Assembly (NCBI GenBank): GCA_964543815.1
Contig: CAZIZG010000001.1
Span: 39,828 to 103,827 of the forward strand
Direction: 5' to 3'
Length of the DNA stretch: 64,000 nucleotides
DNA from: an uncultured Bdellovibrionales bacterium
Lineage (GTDB): Bacteria; Patescibacteriota; Minisyncoccia; Moranbacterales; UBA1568
A program made the translations under genes and the position numbers. Positions 9,674-18,422 of this stretch are shown here, piece by piece. The first letter of the stretch is position 1; each line of letters opens with the position of its first letter. The notes under the pieces were generated by a model. It was not told where the DNA came from and ran no database searches. It saw nothing but the letters and a program-made list of their open reading frames with translations.

Positions 9674-10804
9674 ATGATAGAAAAAAGTATGGCTTCAAGA
9701 AAAATAAATACATTTTCATCAATTTTAATAATCCTCATCTTAGCAACATTTGTTGCCTTTATTTCGGTTAACCTCTCGACTCAAATAACTACGCCCGATA
9801 TTACAACGAGTGTCGCTCCGGCGCAAAAGCCAGATAAATCATCAATACTAAGTGATACTTCTCATTGGAAAACATATAGGAACGATGAATTCTATTTCGG
9901 TTTTCGCTACCCAGATGATGAGAACGGTGTGACCCTAGATGAAACTACCGGTCTTAAGCGAGCATACCTTCATAATGATTGGCATCTACTTCAAGCTTCA
10001 GAAAAAACGAACTCTCCGGTTAAAATGAGGGCCGAGAAACTGATTTTCAGTATTGATTTACTCACAGCCAATGATAGCGATGGCAAAAAAATTACTGACG
10101 TAGAAAGTTTCTTAAAAAATTATCCTTATAGGAGAATACATCGAATTCGGGAGGAGCGTGGCCATATAGGAAATATCTCAACGATTGAAGATATCTGGCC
10201 GACCAAAGACTCGGGCATGGCGTTATCAGAAGCTGAAAGCCGAACAGTATACGCTTATTACAACGACCTGATTTATCAAATCACTATAATTCCAAGTTCC
10301 GGAATACCGGCCGAAATGATGGCGTCTTTTTTCTTTACTAATCCAAAAAATGTGACACCAGTAGGTTCGCCAACTACAAGAAAACAGACCTATTACACCA
10401 ATAGTTCACTCGGCTTTAAAATGTCTTTCCCAGAGGGCTGGTATTTCCCAGCCCCAGACGATTCTAATCCAAAAATTTATAATTGCTTGACAGCTAGAGG
10501 GCACATATATGGATTCAGCTGTGGTACTGTTACAGTGCAGGATGCTTCGTCAGAATACCCTCCGGGTTCCCAGTTCAAAAATGATATCTCAACTGTCTAC
10601 GATAAAGTAACACCTGTTATTAATCTCATTCCCGAAGCAACTGTACTAAAAGTTAGTTCTAAAACAATAACAGATGGACCACCTCAACCAGAAGGAATTG
10701 AATATTTTGTATATTTTTATAACAAATCCAGAGTCTTGAATATATTCATAAGTGATATAAAGCTTGAAAAAAATATTCTTTCTTCTATTCGATTAACAGA
10801 ATAA
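9674..10804 (+). CDS. membrane-anchored secreted hypothetical protein (AT-rich)
   Basis: 376 aa. An N-terminal TM 'FSSILIILILATFVAFISV' precedes a large extracytoplasmic domain. Codon usage is strongly AT-rich compared with its neighbours. Confidence 0.5.
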   Translation: MIEKSMASRKINTFSSILIILILATFVAFISVNLSTQITTPDITTSVAPAQKPDKSSILSDTSHWKTYRNDEFYFGFRYPDDENGVTLDETTGLKRAYLHNDWHLLQASEKTNSPVKMRAEKLIFSIDLLTANDSDGKKITDVESFLKNYPYRRIHRIREERGHIGNISTIEDIWPTKDSGMALSEAESRTVYAYYNDLIYQITIIPSSGIPAEMMASFFFTNPKNVTPVGSPTTRKQTYYTNSSLGFKMSFPEGWYFPAPDDSNPKIYNCLTARGHIYGFSCGTVTVQDASSEYPPGSQFKNDISTVYDKVTPVINLIPEATVLKVSSKTITDGPPQPEGIEYFVYFYNKSRVLNIFISDIKLEKNILSSIRLTE

Positions 10805-10859
10805 TAATTTGTGCTGACGCCATCCCAAAGTCTCAGAAAATAATCGTGAGATTCTCCAC

Positions 10860-11306
10860 ATGAAAGAAATAACACTTCACAATCAATGGGTCATCAAGGC
10901 CTCTGTAGCTGATGTATTCGGTGTAATTACTGACTTCGAAAAATTTCCTCAGCACTTTCCAAAGGTTGCTCAATCAATACGGATTACCAAACGGGAGAGT
11001 AACAATGTCGAAATGGATACCACTGTAATCTCATTTGGTAAAAGCTTTCAGGTCAAGATGAAGACTCAGATTATCCCGGGAAAGGGTTTTATCTCAGATA
11101 ACGACAGCTATCAATTTGGGACTTCTGGACATGAAGAGTTGTTGTTGTCTCCACATACCGAAGGAACTTTGATTGACTATACCTATCGGGTTACCATCCA
11201 CAAAAAATGGCTCCGTATAATCGCCGTGCCACTACTACGTTGGTATTCGATGAAATACTGGGAAAAAGCCGTCATAGATCAGCTAAAGAAAATTCTCGAA
11301 AAATAG
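10860..11306 (+). CDS. SRPBCC-superfamily (polyketide cyclase/START-like) protein
   Basis: 148 aa, with the beta-grip pattern typical of SRPBCC/COXG-like proteins. The call is by general similarity only. Confidence 0.45.
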   Translation: MKEITLHNQWVIKASVADVFGVITDFEKFPQHFPKVAQSIRITKRESNNVEMDTTVISFGKSFQVKMKTQIIPGKGFISDNDSYQFGTSGHEELLLSPHTEGTLIDYTYRVTIHKKWLRIIAVPLLRWYSMKYWEKAVIDQLKKILEK

Positions 11307-11440
11307 TAGCCATACTGTGAGCTCGGGCCAAAACAAGCGCTAACTTCACCCAAAAGTTTCAATACAAATTAAGTATCTTTGACTTCATACGCTGATAAAT
11401 ATAATTTACAACATCCTCTCTCTCGGTATATACTGAATTC

Positions 11441-11884
11441 ATGAAACACAAAACAAAACACGTTATCTCGATTCACCCTGACACACCGTTCATTGCTCTC
11501 TTTATTATCTTCTTCCTCGCTTTGGCCGCTTTTCTCATTTCGTACTCGGGCTTCCTTTTTTCGTCCGATACGAATCAGCAGGTGGCTTGCACGGAAGAGG
11601 CGCGTCAGTGTCCCGATGGGAGCTACGTTGGTCGGAGTGGTCCACACTGTGAGTTTACCCGTTGCGGCGATAGATTACCGAATCATCCTGGCATCACTGA
11701 GGAGCCATTTCTCGCACCCTCGGGAGCTACTCCTTCTACCAAATCCAAAAAGGCACCTCGGGAGGCTGTCTGCACCCAAGAGGTTAAAACCTGCCCAGAT
11801 GGCAGCTTCGTCAGTAAAGTTGGTCCGGAGTGCGAGTTTGCTCCCTGTCCGGATGATTCCGATACGATTGAGTCCGGCGAATAG
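11441..11884 (+). CDS. membrane-anchored protein with a tandem Cys4 repeat
   Basis: N-terminal TM. Two copies of C-x6-C-P-D-G-S-[YF]-V-x4-G-P-x-C-E-F-x2-C ('CTEEARQCPDGSYVGRSGPHCEFTRC' and 'CTQEVKTCPDGSFVSKVGPECEFAPC'). Confidence 0.5.
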   Translation: MKHKTKHVISIHPDTPFIALFIIFFLALAAFLISYSGFLFSSDTNQQVACTEEARQCPDGSYVGRSGPHCEFTRCGDRLPNHPGITEEPFLAPSGATPSTKSKKAPREAVCTQEVKTCPDGSFVSKVGPECEFAPCPDDSDTIESGE

Positions 11885-11892
11885 CAAGAGAC

Positions 11893-13050
11893 TCAGAGAC
11901 TCAGTTCGTCATCCACCTCAATCTTATTCTTTTTTACAGAAAGACTGGTGCTCTCCTTATCGAGTACTTTTGTTTTTTCGACCGATGTTTTCACTGAAGA
12001 GGGGAGGGTGGCAAGGATAGTACGAAGAGCGACACCGTCCACTTTGAGCACACTTTCCCACTTATCAAGCGGCTCGAGTAAGGCTCGCAGTTCTTCTTCA
12101 TTGTACTTATACGTCTTGCGGAGAGACTTGCCGATGATGCCGGCTTCATCAAAGACCCGGTCTACTCCTTCCTGTTCCATGTAATCGAGAATCATTGCTT
12201 GGAGCTTCCCGAGACGTAGTTTTTCCTCGCTCATTTTGCTTTTGAGGTCAAGATATTCCCCGATAGCAGCCTTCACATCTTCAGTTTCAAGCTTTCTTGT
12301 TTCTGAAAATTTATGCTTCCACAACGGACATATTTTTTGATACCCGCACCAGTCACAGAGTGGCGAAAGAATAGGTTCAAATTTTGCCTCTTCGATTGAC
12401 TTGATCACTTCGAGAAAGGTCTCATCGACTCGCTCCAGCTGTTCCTTAGTCCGAGTACTCGAGAGTTTCACCCCATGCTTCAGGTAGTAAAGACTGACGG
12501 TAATTTTATCGAGATGTTCTGCCTCTTTGGGATAGCGTGCAAGAAAGGCCTTGAGATAAATGGAGAGCTGTAAATCATTGTCTACTTTATCCTGTGACGG
12601 CATTTTGCGCGTCGTTTTGTAATCGATGATTTCGTAGCCGTCTTTGGTCCGGTCGATGCGGTCGATGATTCCAGAGACGATATGTTTGCCAGATTCTTCG
12701 GTACCAATTTCAATAGCGAACCGGCTTTCCAAATCAACGATGGTGTAGTCGTTTGGTTTGTGTCGATCCAGATAATCCTGAATCATGGTCACGCCCTGGG
12801 AAAAGGCTGCTCGTTCCTCCAGTTCGTCATCATATACCTCGCTGTTCCAGCCTTTGGAAAAATAATCGAGAGCCTGATCAGTGGATGGGGCGAGCAGGGC
12901 AGGGGTGTGAATGTATTTGAGTACCGCGTGGATGAGTGTCCCAAAGACTGCTTCCTTGCTTTTGGGCTCAGGAATACGATCGACGTGCTGATACTTGTAC
13001 TTAAGCGGACAGGTCTGATAGGTCCCGACACTTGAATAAGAAATACGCAT
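11893..13050 (-). CDS. PD-(D/E)XK nuclease, Cas4/RecB-like, with an Fe-S Cys cluster
   Basis: N-terminal 'YQTCPLKY'. Catalytic 'IDRIDR...EIIDYKT' (D...ExK). C-terminal 'CDWCGYQKICP' (Cx2Cx5C) completes a Cas4/AddB-type four-Cys cluster. An extra coiled-coil C-terminal region of about 130 aa follows. Confidence 0.7.
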   Translation of the reverse strand: MRISYSSVGTYQTCPLKYKYQHVDRIPEPKSKEAVFGTLIHAVLKYIHTPALLAPSTDQALDYFSKGWNSEVYDDELEERAAFSQGVTMIQDYLDRHKPNDYTIVDLESRFAIEIGTEESGKHIVSGIIDRIDRTKDGYEIIDYKTTRKMPSQDKVDNDLQLSIYLKAFLARYPKEAEHLDKITVSLYYLKHGVKLSSTRTKEQLERVDETFLEVIKSIEEAKFEPILSPLCDWCGYQKICPLWKHKFSETRKLETEDVKAAIGEYLDLKSKMSEEKLRLGKLQAMILDYMEQEGVDRVFDEAGIIGKSLRKTYKYNEEELRALLEPLDKWESVLKVDGVALRTILATLPSSVKTSVEKTKVLDKESTSLSVKKNKIEVDDELSL

Positions 13051-13203
13051 AATCAGGGCAAAAATTCTAAATAAAAATTACCTTCATTGTAGCAGAAAAT
13101 TCACCCTCCTGATGTATTGACTTTTCTATTAAAAAGTGATATAATGGTAATCGTACCTTGAAATTTCACCCACCCCAAACAACCGCTCAAAGAAGGGATT
13201 CCC

Positions 13204-14079
13204 ATGCCAAACACCTGGTTCGAACGCCTACTCTCAATCATTGGTCTGGTGCCGAAAAGCACTTACCAAGAGGTCTCGGAGCAGCTCACCCGTGCGAGTA
13301 TCGACCTCGAAAAGGCGCAGGGGTCGCGCGACGAGACTCGGCGCCAACTGGCAGCTGAGAAGCTCGCCCACACTCTGCTCAATACCAATACGACGGAAGA
13401 ACGGGAGCGTCTCCTGCGCGAGATCATCGTCCTCAATGCATCGGTCACCGACCGTGATCGGCTGATTGCTGATCAACTCGAGCAGATCCGCTCGCTCGAG
13501 AAGCTCACCATGACCGATGTCTTGACGGGCTTGGTCAATCGGCGTGGTCTCGAAGCCTTTGCCGCCCGCCAGATCAACCAGATCTCGCACACCATTCGCA
13601 AGAGTGGCGAACAGCGTCAACTTCCGACCGTCACCGCCATCTTCTTTGACCTTGATCACTTCAAGGCCGTGAACGATGGCGCCGGTCATGCCGCCGGTGA
13701 TGCCGTCCTCCGCCTCGTGGCAGAACATGCCCTGATGCATCTCGGCAAGCGCACCAGTGACATCGTGGCCCGTCTCGGCGGCGACGAGTTCGTCGTCATC
13801 ATGCCCGAGGCCAACCAGGCCCTGGTACAGGAACGGGCCGAGCAGTTCCGATCTGCCGTCGAGAACGATACCCGCCTCCACTTAGTGGAAGGCCAAGTCG
13901 GCGTCACCGCGAGCATCGGTATCGCCCGCATCGCGCTTCGGGCCACGACTGAGGCCAGTGAAGCACTGAAGCAATTGATCGCCCAAGCCGACTTCGCTGC
14001 CTACGCCTCCAAGAACAGGGGACGCAACAGGGTCTCGCTTGGTGAAGACGTGACGCAGTGGGGTGGGCTCGAAGGCTGA
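13204..14079 (+). CDS. GGDEF-domain diguanylate cyclase
   Basis: 'RLGGDEFVVIMP' active site and 'IFFDLDHFKAVNDGAGH' metal/substrate motif. N-terminal coiled coil with no sensor domain. About 62% GC. Confidence 0.85.
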   Translation: MPNTWFERLLSIIGLVPKSTYQEVSEQLTRASIDLEKAQGSRDETRRQLAAEKLAHTLLNTNTTEERERLLREIIVLNASVTDRDRLIADQLEQIRSLEKLTMTDVLTGLVNRRGLEAFAARQINQISHTIRKSGEQRQLPTVTAIFFDLDHFKAVNDGAGHAAGDAVLRLVAEHALMHLGKRTSDIVARLGGDEFVVIMPEANQALVQERAEQFRSAVENDTRLHLVEGQVGVTASIGIARIALRATTEASEALKQLIAQADFAAYASKNRGRNRVSLGEDVTQWGGLEG

Positions 14080-14093
14080 ACCTAGCCCACTTT

Positions 14094-14131
14094 CCGGATG
14101 TATGTATCTCACGTACATCCGGTCTTTTTTT
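14094..14131 (+). terminator. Rho-independent terminator after the GGDEF gene
   Basis: Stem CCGGATGTA...TACATCCGG followed by TCTTTTTTT. Confidence 0.6.
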
Positions 14132-14494
14132 ATTCCCTCTCTCGACAACGTACCTATCTTTTGATATACAGAGAGACATCGTACCCTGCACCCATCCACA
14201 ACTCACCAGAGGAGAGTTGCTATGCAAGAACCAAGCGTGCATCAGCACCGGAGAAACTACGGGGCCGATGGTGAAACCTACGGCGCGCGGCTCGACCTGG
14301 GTGACATCATTCAGGATGGTGATCTCCAAGGGTCATCGAGAAACATGCGCTGGACCAGGTGTCCACCGAGACTCGTCGGCAAGCGCCTCAAGTTTGGCAG
14401 TCCAGTCACCATTCGGCCGCTCCCCGTTCTCATCCTGGGTCGCTCCCACGCACAGCCGTAGACAGAAGCATCTGCCTCCGGTTTTTTTATTTTC

Positions 14495-14529
14495 AAACAA
14501 AAAACCCAGCGATACCGTATATCACTGGG
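14495..14529 (-). terminator. terminator for minus-strand gene 14539..15012
   Basis: Imperfect 10-bp stem CCCAGCGATA/TATCACTGGG. A T-run follows on the minus strand. Confidence 0.35.
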
Positions 14530-14538
14530 TGTAGCACT

Positions 14539-15012
14539 TCAGGGCTGGCCGACGTTCGGCGCCTCCTCATCAGAGTAGACCACCGTCTTGCTCTCGGGAT
14601 GCTTGGCGAACAGTTCGAGCGTGAACATGGCACGACCACCGTAGACCATGCCGGAAATGCGGAAACCAGTCCACTTGACCCGCTTATTGGCACGCACGAG
14701 CTCGATCAAGGAAGCGAGGATGCCGTCCGGATCGCCCGAGCGCCTGGCCCACTGCTCGAAGTACATGCCGAAGTTGGGATGATCCACCATGGCACCCCGG
14801 GGGACTTCATCAGCCGGAATCCGCAGGTACCTGATGAGAACTTCGCTGTCACGCTTGTTCTCAAACTGGTCAGTTCGCCACCCCTCGTGCACATCGCGTT
14901 CATCGAACTCATGCGGAAACTGGTACTGCTGGATGAGCATGGCCCGGCCAGTCCCAAAGGTGCCAAGCGAACCAGGCACATAGGGGAGCACACGATTGAC
15001 AAAGTTACTCAC
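14539..15012 (-). CDS. hypothetical protein (GC-rich)
   Basis: 157-aa ORF with no motif recognised. Confidence 0.4.
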   Translation of the reverse strand: MSNFVNRVLPYVPGSLGTFGTGRAMLIQQYQFPHEFDERDVHEGWRTDQFENKRDSEVLIRYLRIPADEVPRGAMVDHPNFGMYFEQWARRSGDPDGILASLIELVRANKRVKWTGFRISGMVYGGRAMFTLELFAKHPESKTVVYSDEEAPNVGQP

Positions 15013-15059
15013 GGAAATCTCCTCACATCAATAGATGAACGAAGGTAGTTCGGTCAGTC

Positions 15060-15674
15060 TCACTGTTGCGACCTTCGGATGATGACCACCGCGATACGGT
15101 ATACGATGAGGGGCAGCACGATAAACGCACTCGCCACCGTCATATACACCGGATAGAGGTAGTGTGTCACTGTCCACTGATCAACTGCCAAGAGATTGAC
15201 AGCACTACCGAGACAGAACATAGCCCAAGGAAACACCGGCTCATCGCCAGGTTGTTTCCATGTGGCACGAACTTGCGGCAACGCCCCCATGGCGTCAGTC
15301 ACGAGTAAACCAATGAGGCCCATGAACGGATCATTCGTCCACCACCAAACCGCAAGAGAAACCACGCAGATGGCAACACACACTGTATCAAGTCGCTTCC
15401 ATTCGAACGTTCCGAACTTGAGCGCCAGGAAAAAGATGATGACCGGGTTGATGAAACCAATCCAGGCTGCGAGCAGAGTCGAATCAACCCTGGCTCCGGA
15501 TCCCGAATATGTGAGTAGCAGGAGCAGTCCAAGGACTGCCCAAATGCCCCACGTCGAACGTACCGGCCGCGGCACCTGACCGCTCACGATACCCCACATG
15601 TAGTGAAGACCGCTCACAGCGATAAGCACGGCAGACAGGCCGCCCCAAGACATAAAAGACAGGAGCAATTCCAT
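15060..15674 (-). CDS. polytopic membrane protein (GC-rich)
   Basis: 204 aa with about six hydrophobic helices. Confidence 0.45.
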   Translation of the reverse strand: MELLLSFMSWGGLSAVLIAVSGLHYMWGIVSGQVPRPVRSTWGIWAVLGLLLLLTYSGSGARVDSTLLAAWIGFINPVIIFFLALKFGTFEWKRLDTVCVAICVVSLAVWWWTNDPFMGLIGLLVTDAMGALPQVRATWKQPGDEPVFPWAMFCLGSAVNLLAVDQWTVTHYLYPVYMTVASAFIVLPLIVYRIAVVIIRRSQQ

Positions 15675-16005
15675 CTCGCTCTCCTCCGAAAAGGTTGTTC
15701 AGGTACGAAACTATCACAAAATCGTGATTTCATACTGTAGCATAAAATTCATTGATTTGTCTAGATAGACGCATCATAGAGCAAGTCCCCCGGCAAATCT
15801 AAAAATCAGCAGGGGGGTTAATTGAAAAATTTCAAATCAAAATAAAAAGAATTTTTCGTGAATTCCTTTTTTATTTTTTCCAAAATGCACCGTTCAAAAT
15901 TTTACCCAGGCCAAGCAGGGGAAAGAGCCGAGTGATATATGAGCGTACCCGATATATCCAAGGCCGTATCTAATCCGTGGCTTAGGTGAGAGGATGATTT
16001 ACTAT

Positions 16006-16033
16006 ATGTCTCATAATGTAACTTATGAGACAT
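16006..16033. repeat. perfect 11-bp inverted repeat with a 6-nt spacer (ATGTCTCATAA-TGTAAC-TTATGAGACAT)
   Basis: Read directly from the sequence inside the 650-bp non-coding stretch. Confidence 0.7.
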
Positions 16034-16332
16034 TATATACAGAAAGGACCATGGGGAATAACACGGTCCATGAATCATCATCGAGACTCACCTGCCGTTA
16101 CGTATTTTTTGCAAAAAACGAATGCGTATAATCGCGTATGACGAATTTGAATACGAGTGGTGGTACATCTACCCCTGCCGATTCGTCTCATTTGATGCCT
16201 CAGTATCTTTTAGATTTTTTTTGCTCATTCGTGAGTATTGAGCGGGGTCACAATACGTGATTGAGATGAAAAGAAAAGACTCCCCTCTTTTTTGCAAAAT
16301 TTGCTAGGGGAGTCCAAGACAAAAATTTTCTG

Positions 16333-17106
16333 TTACCGTTTCTTGAGAAACGCATCAATCTTTTTCCACAGGAAAAGATGTGCCATGTGCAGATGATGAC
16401 CACCAGTTGGCTTGAGGTAGAGAGTTGACCCGGTAACCCTAGCAAGTTCAACCGAGGGTTGATATGGTACCACGGTATCATCCATAGCATGAAGAATAAA
16501 TACTTTTCGTCCATTAATCTTTTCAGTGTGACGAATGGGGTTATAGAAATCCGTCGTGATCAGCTTTTGCCAATCAAGAGGGGACTTAGGTCGAAATGCG
16601 GCACCAAAAGCTTCTTCGGTAAATCGAATGTGTTCCTGAAATGGTTCGGTCTCCCCTTCTACTTTCCAGTTTGTAACCGGTGCGAGCGCGATGACTTTTT
16701 TTACCAATTCATGATTGGAATTGAGCAACACAGCCGGACCACCAAACGAGGTACCGAATAAGTGGACCGCAGAAATCTTGAGTAATACTTTCTCTCCCGT
16801 GTACGCATCGCGAAAACTCCTCATTCGTTTCAATTCATCAAGAACGTCTGTTATGTCTTGAGCTGGCGAGTGATTCAAGAATACGCCGCCACTCTCCCAA
16901 GTACCGCGATACCGCGGATATATCGCCACATACCCCTGATCGGCAAGAAATTGAAGAAGCTCCTTTTTCACTGGCGTTGAAGGCAGACCGGTTGCAATAA
17001 TAGCCACCCGACCGGTCTCTCTTTTTGGCATGAGAACTTCAGCTACGATGTCTTGGGCAAAGCGGGTGCGAAATGGATACAGACTCTTGATTCGCTTCAT
17101 AATCAA
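16333..17106 (-). CDS. alpha/beta hydrolase (dienelactone-hydrolase/esterase-like)
   Basis: Nucleophile elbow 'GTSFGG'. Asp and His lie in C-terminal 'HAMDDTVVP' and 'GGHHL'. Confidence 0.65.
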   Translation of the reverse strand: MIMKRIKSLYPFRTRFAQDIVAEVLMPKRETGRVAIIATGLPSTPVKKELLQFLADQGYVAIYPRYRGTWESGGVFLNHSPAQDITDVLDELKRMRSFRDAYTGEKVLLKISAVHLFGTSFGGPAVLLNSNHELVKKVIALAPVTNWKVEGETEPFQEHIRFTEEAFGAAFRPKSPLDWQKLITTDFYNPIRHTEKINGRKVFILHAMDDTVVPYQPSVELARVTGSTLYLKPTGGHHLHMAHLFLWKKIDAFLKKR

Positions 17107-17107
17107 T

Positions 17108-18364
17108 CTACGGCAAATAGTTCATCGGATTGACCGTAGCACCAATCGGGATATTTAATCCTTTCACTGTCTTCGATGGGACAACTTCGTATGAACTTTC
17201 CGAAAAGACCGTAAAGTGCAAATGATTACCCGTTGAGTAACCCGTGCTACCCATATTACCAATTTTTTCACCCTTGGTTACCTTGTCACCTTTACTGACT
17301 CCAATGGCACTCAAATGCCCATAGAGTGTAATCATACCGTTATCATGATCGATAGCGATCCATCTTCCGTAGGCATACTTACCTAAGTTGCCCGTGCCGA
17401 TTACTTTACCATCAGCTGCCGCATAGATGGATGTCCCATACGCTCCACCAAAGTCCACTCCGTTATGTTTCCCAGAGGCGTATGCTTTTTTGGAAAAACT
17501 CGTCTTGCCATACCCTTGGGTAATCTTGACGCTCTTCACTGGGTAGGCAAGCAAGCTCTTGGAGTAACTCGGGAGACCGTCGGTGGACAACCCTGATTCC
17601 AAGTCAGCAATTTCGTTTTCGATGTCATCACGCTGCTTCTGGAGGTCGTCCACCAATCCGTTATACTTGGTCTGTTCTGCTTGAGTTTTCGCTAAGAGAG
17701 CTGCTTTACTCTTCTTGGTTTCCTCCAGATTAGCATTACGTTCTGCTTGATCCTGGTAAAGCGTGTCCACTTCGGCCTTCTTGCGTGTCACAGCATCCTG
17801 TTCTTTCTTGAGTCCATCACGAAGCGACTTCACTGAACCAAGCAAATCACTGACCTGGTCACTCATGCTGGCCGTCCAACCCTCAGACTTGAAATAGAGC
17901 AAGCTGTCGGACGATGAAGCGAAAAGGGTTGGGGTGTTTTCATCAGAATAGTCATTATAGTAGACGCGCATCAATTCAGCGAGAATCTTTTTTTGATGGT
18001 CAATCACGATACCCTTCTCTGCCACCCGAAGAGAAAGGCTGCGAATCTGTGACTCGAGCTCCGATATTTGTTTGGCCGTGGTATCAATTTCCAGCTGTAA
18101 TTTATCAGCTTGAGCCTGTAGTCCATCAATTTGCTCCGTGAGCGTGGCTCCCTGCCGCTCCTTCAAATCAATGATTTTTTTGTATGCCTTAATCTTGGCA
18201 TCGATAGATTCGAGTTCATCCTGTTTTTCATCCAATGCCTTTTGGGCTTCATCGGAAAGGGTTTCTACGCTTTCCGAGGCCGAAACACGCACAACTACCA
18301 CGCCTCCCATCAGCAGAAGAAGCGAGAAGAAAGCAACGGTTAATTTTTTCTTTTGATATGACAT
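17108..18364 (-). CDS. M23 metallopeptidase with N-terminal coiled coil (EnvC-like murein hydrolase activator)
   Basis: Signal/TM, about 250 aa of coiled coil, then the M23 domain with 'HNGVDFGG' and 'GSTGYSTGNHLHF'. Confidence 0.8.
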   Translation of the reverse strand: MSYQKKKLTVAFFSLLLLMGGVVVVRVSASESVETLSDEAQKALDEKQDELESIDAKIKAYKKIIDLKERQGATLTEQIDGLQAQADKLQLEIDTTAKQISELESQIRSLSLRVAEKGIVIDHQKKILAELMRVYYNDYSDENTPTLFASSSDSLLYFKSEGWTASMSDQVSDLLGSVKSLRDGLKKEQDAVTRKKAEVDTLYQDQAERNANLEETKKSKAALLAKTQAEQTKYNGLVDDLQKQRDDIENEIADLESGLSTDGLPSYSKSLLAYPVKSVKITQGYGKTSFSKKAYASGKHNGVDFGGAYGTSIYAAADGKVIGTGNLGKYAYGRWIAIDHDNGMITLYGHLSAIGVSKGDKVTKGEKIGNMGSTGYSTGNHLHFTVFSESSYEVVPSKTVKGLNIPIGATVNPMNYLP

Positions 18365-18422
18365 GGTCGTAGCATGTATTATACCACAAAAACCAGTCCT
18401 GTTTTTGGTCCAAGAAGAACCA

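Noticed and set aside
13234-14329. Several long antisense or off-frame ORFs (13234-13881, 13686-13946, 13882-14199, 13904-14329) inside and after the GGDEF gene
   Set aside because: High-GC DNA yields long spurious open frames. The GGDEF frame has intact catalytic motifs and a terminator, and these ORFs overlap it.
15675-16332. RNase P RNA, tmRNA or SRP RNA in the large non-coding gap
   Set aside because: I looked for the GGAAAGUCCGG / ACAGAA(A)CCCGG cores of RNase P, the tRNA-like GGUUCGA(C/A)UCC end of tmRNA and the SRP GGAAGCAG motifs. Only loose partial matches were present (an 'ACAGAAAGGACC' segment).
16248-16514. 88-aa minus ORF and a 100-aa plus ORF (16459-16761) around the alpha/beta hydrolase start
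   Set aside because: They overlap the better-supported hydrolase gene, which has a GxSxG nucleophile elbow, and are out of frame with it.
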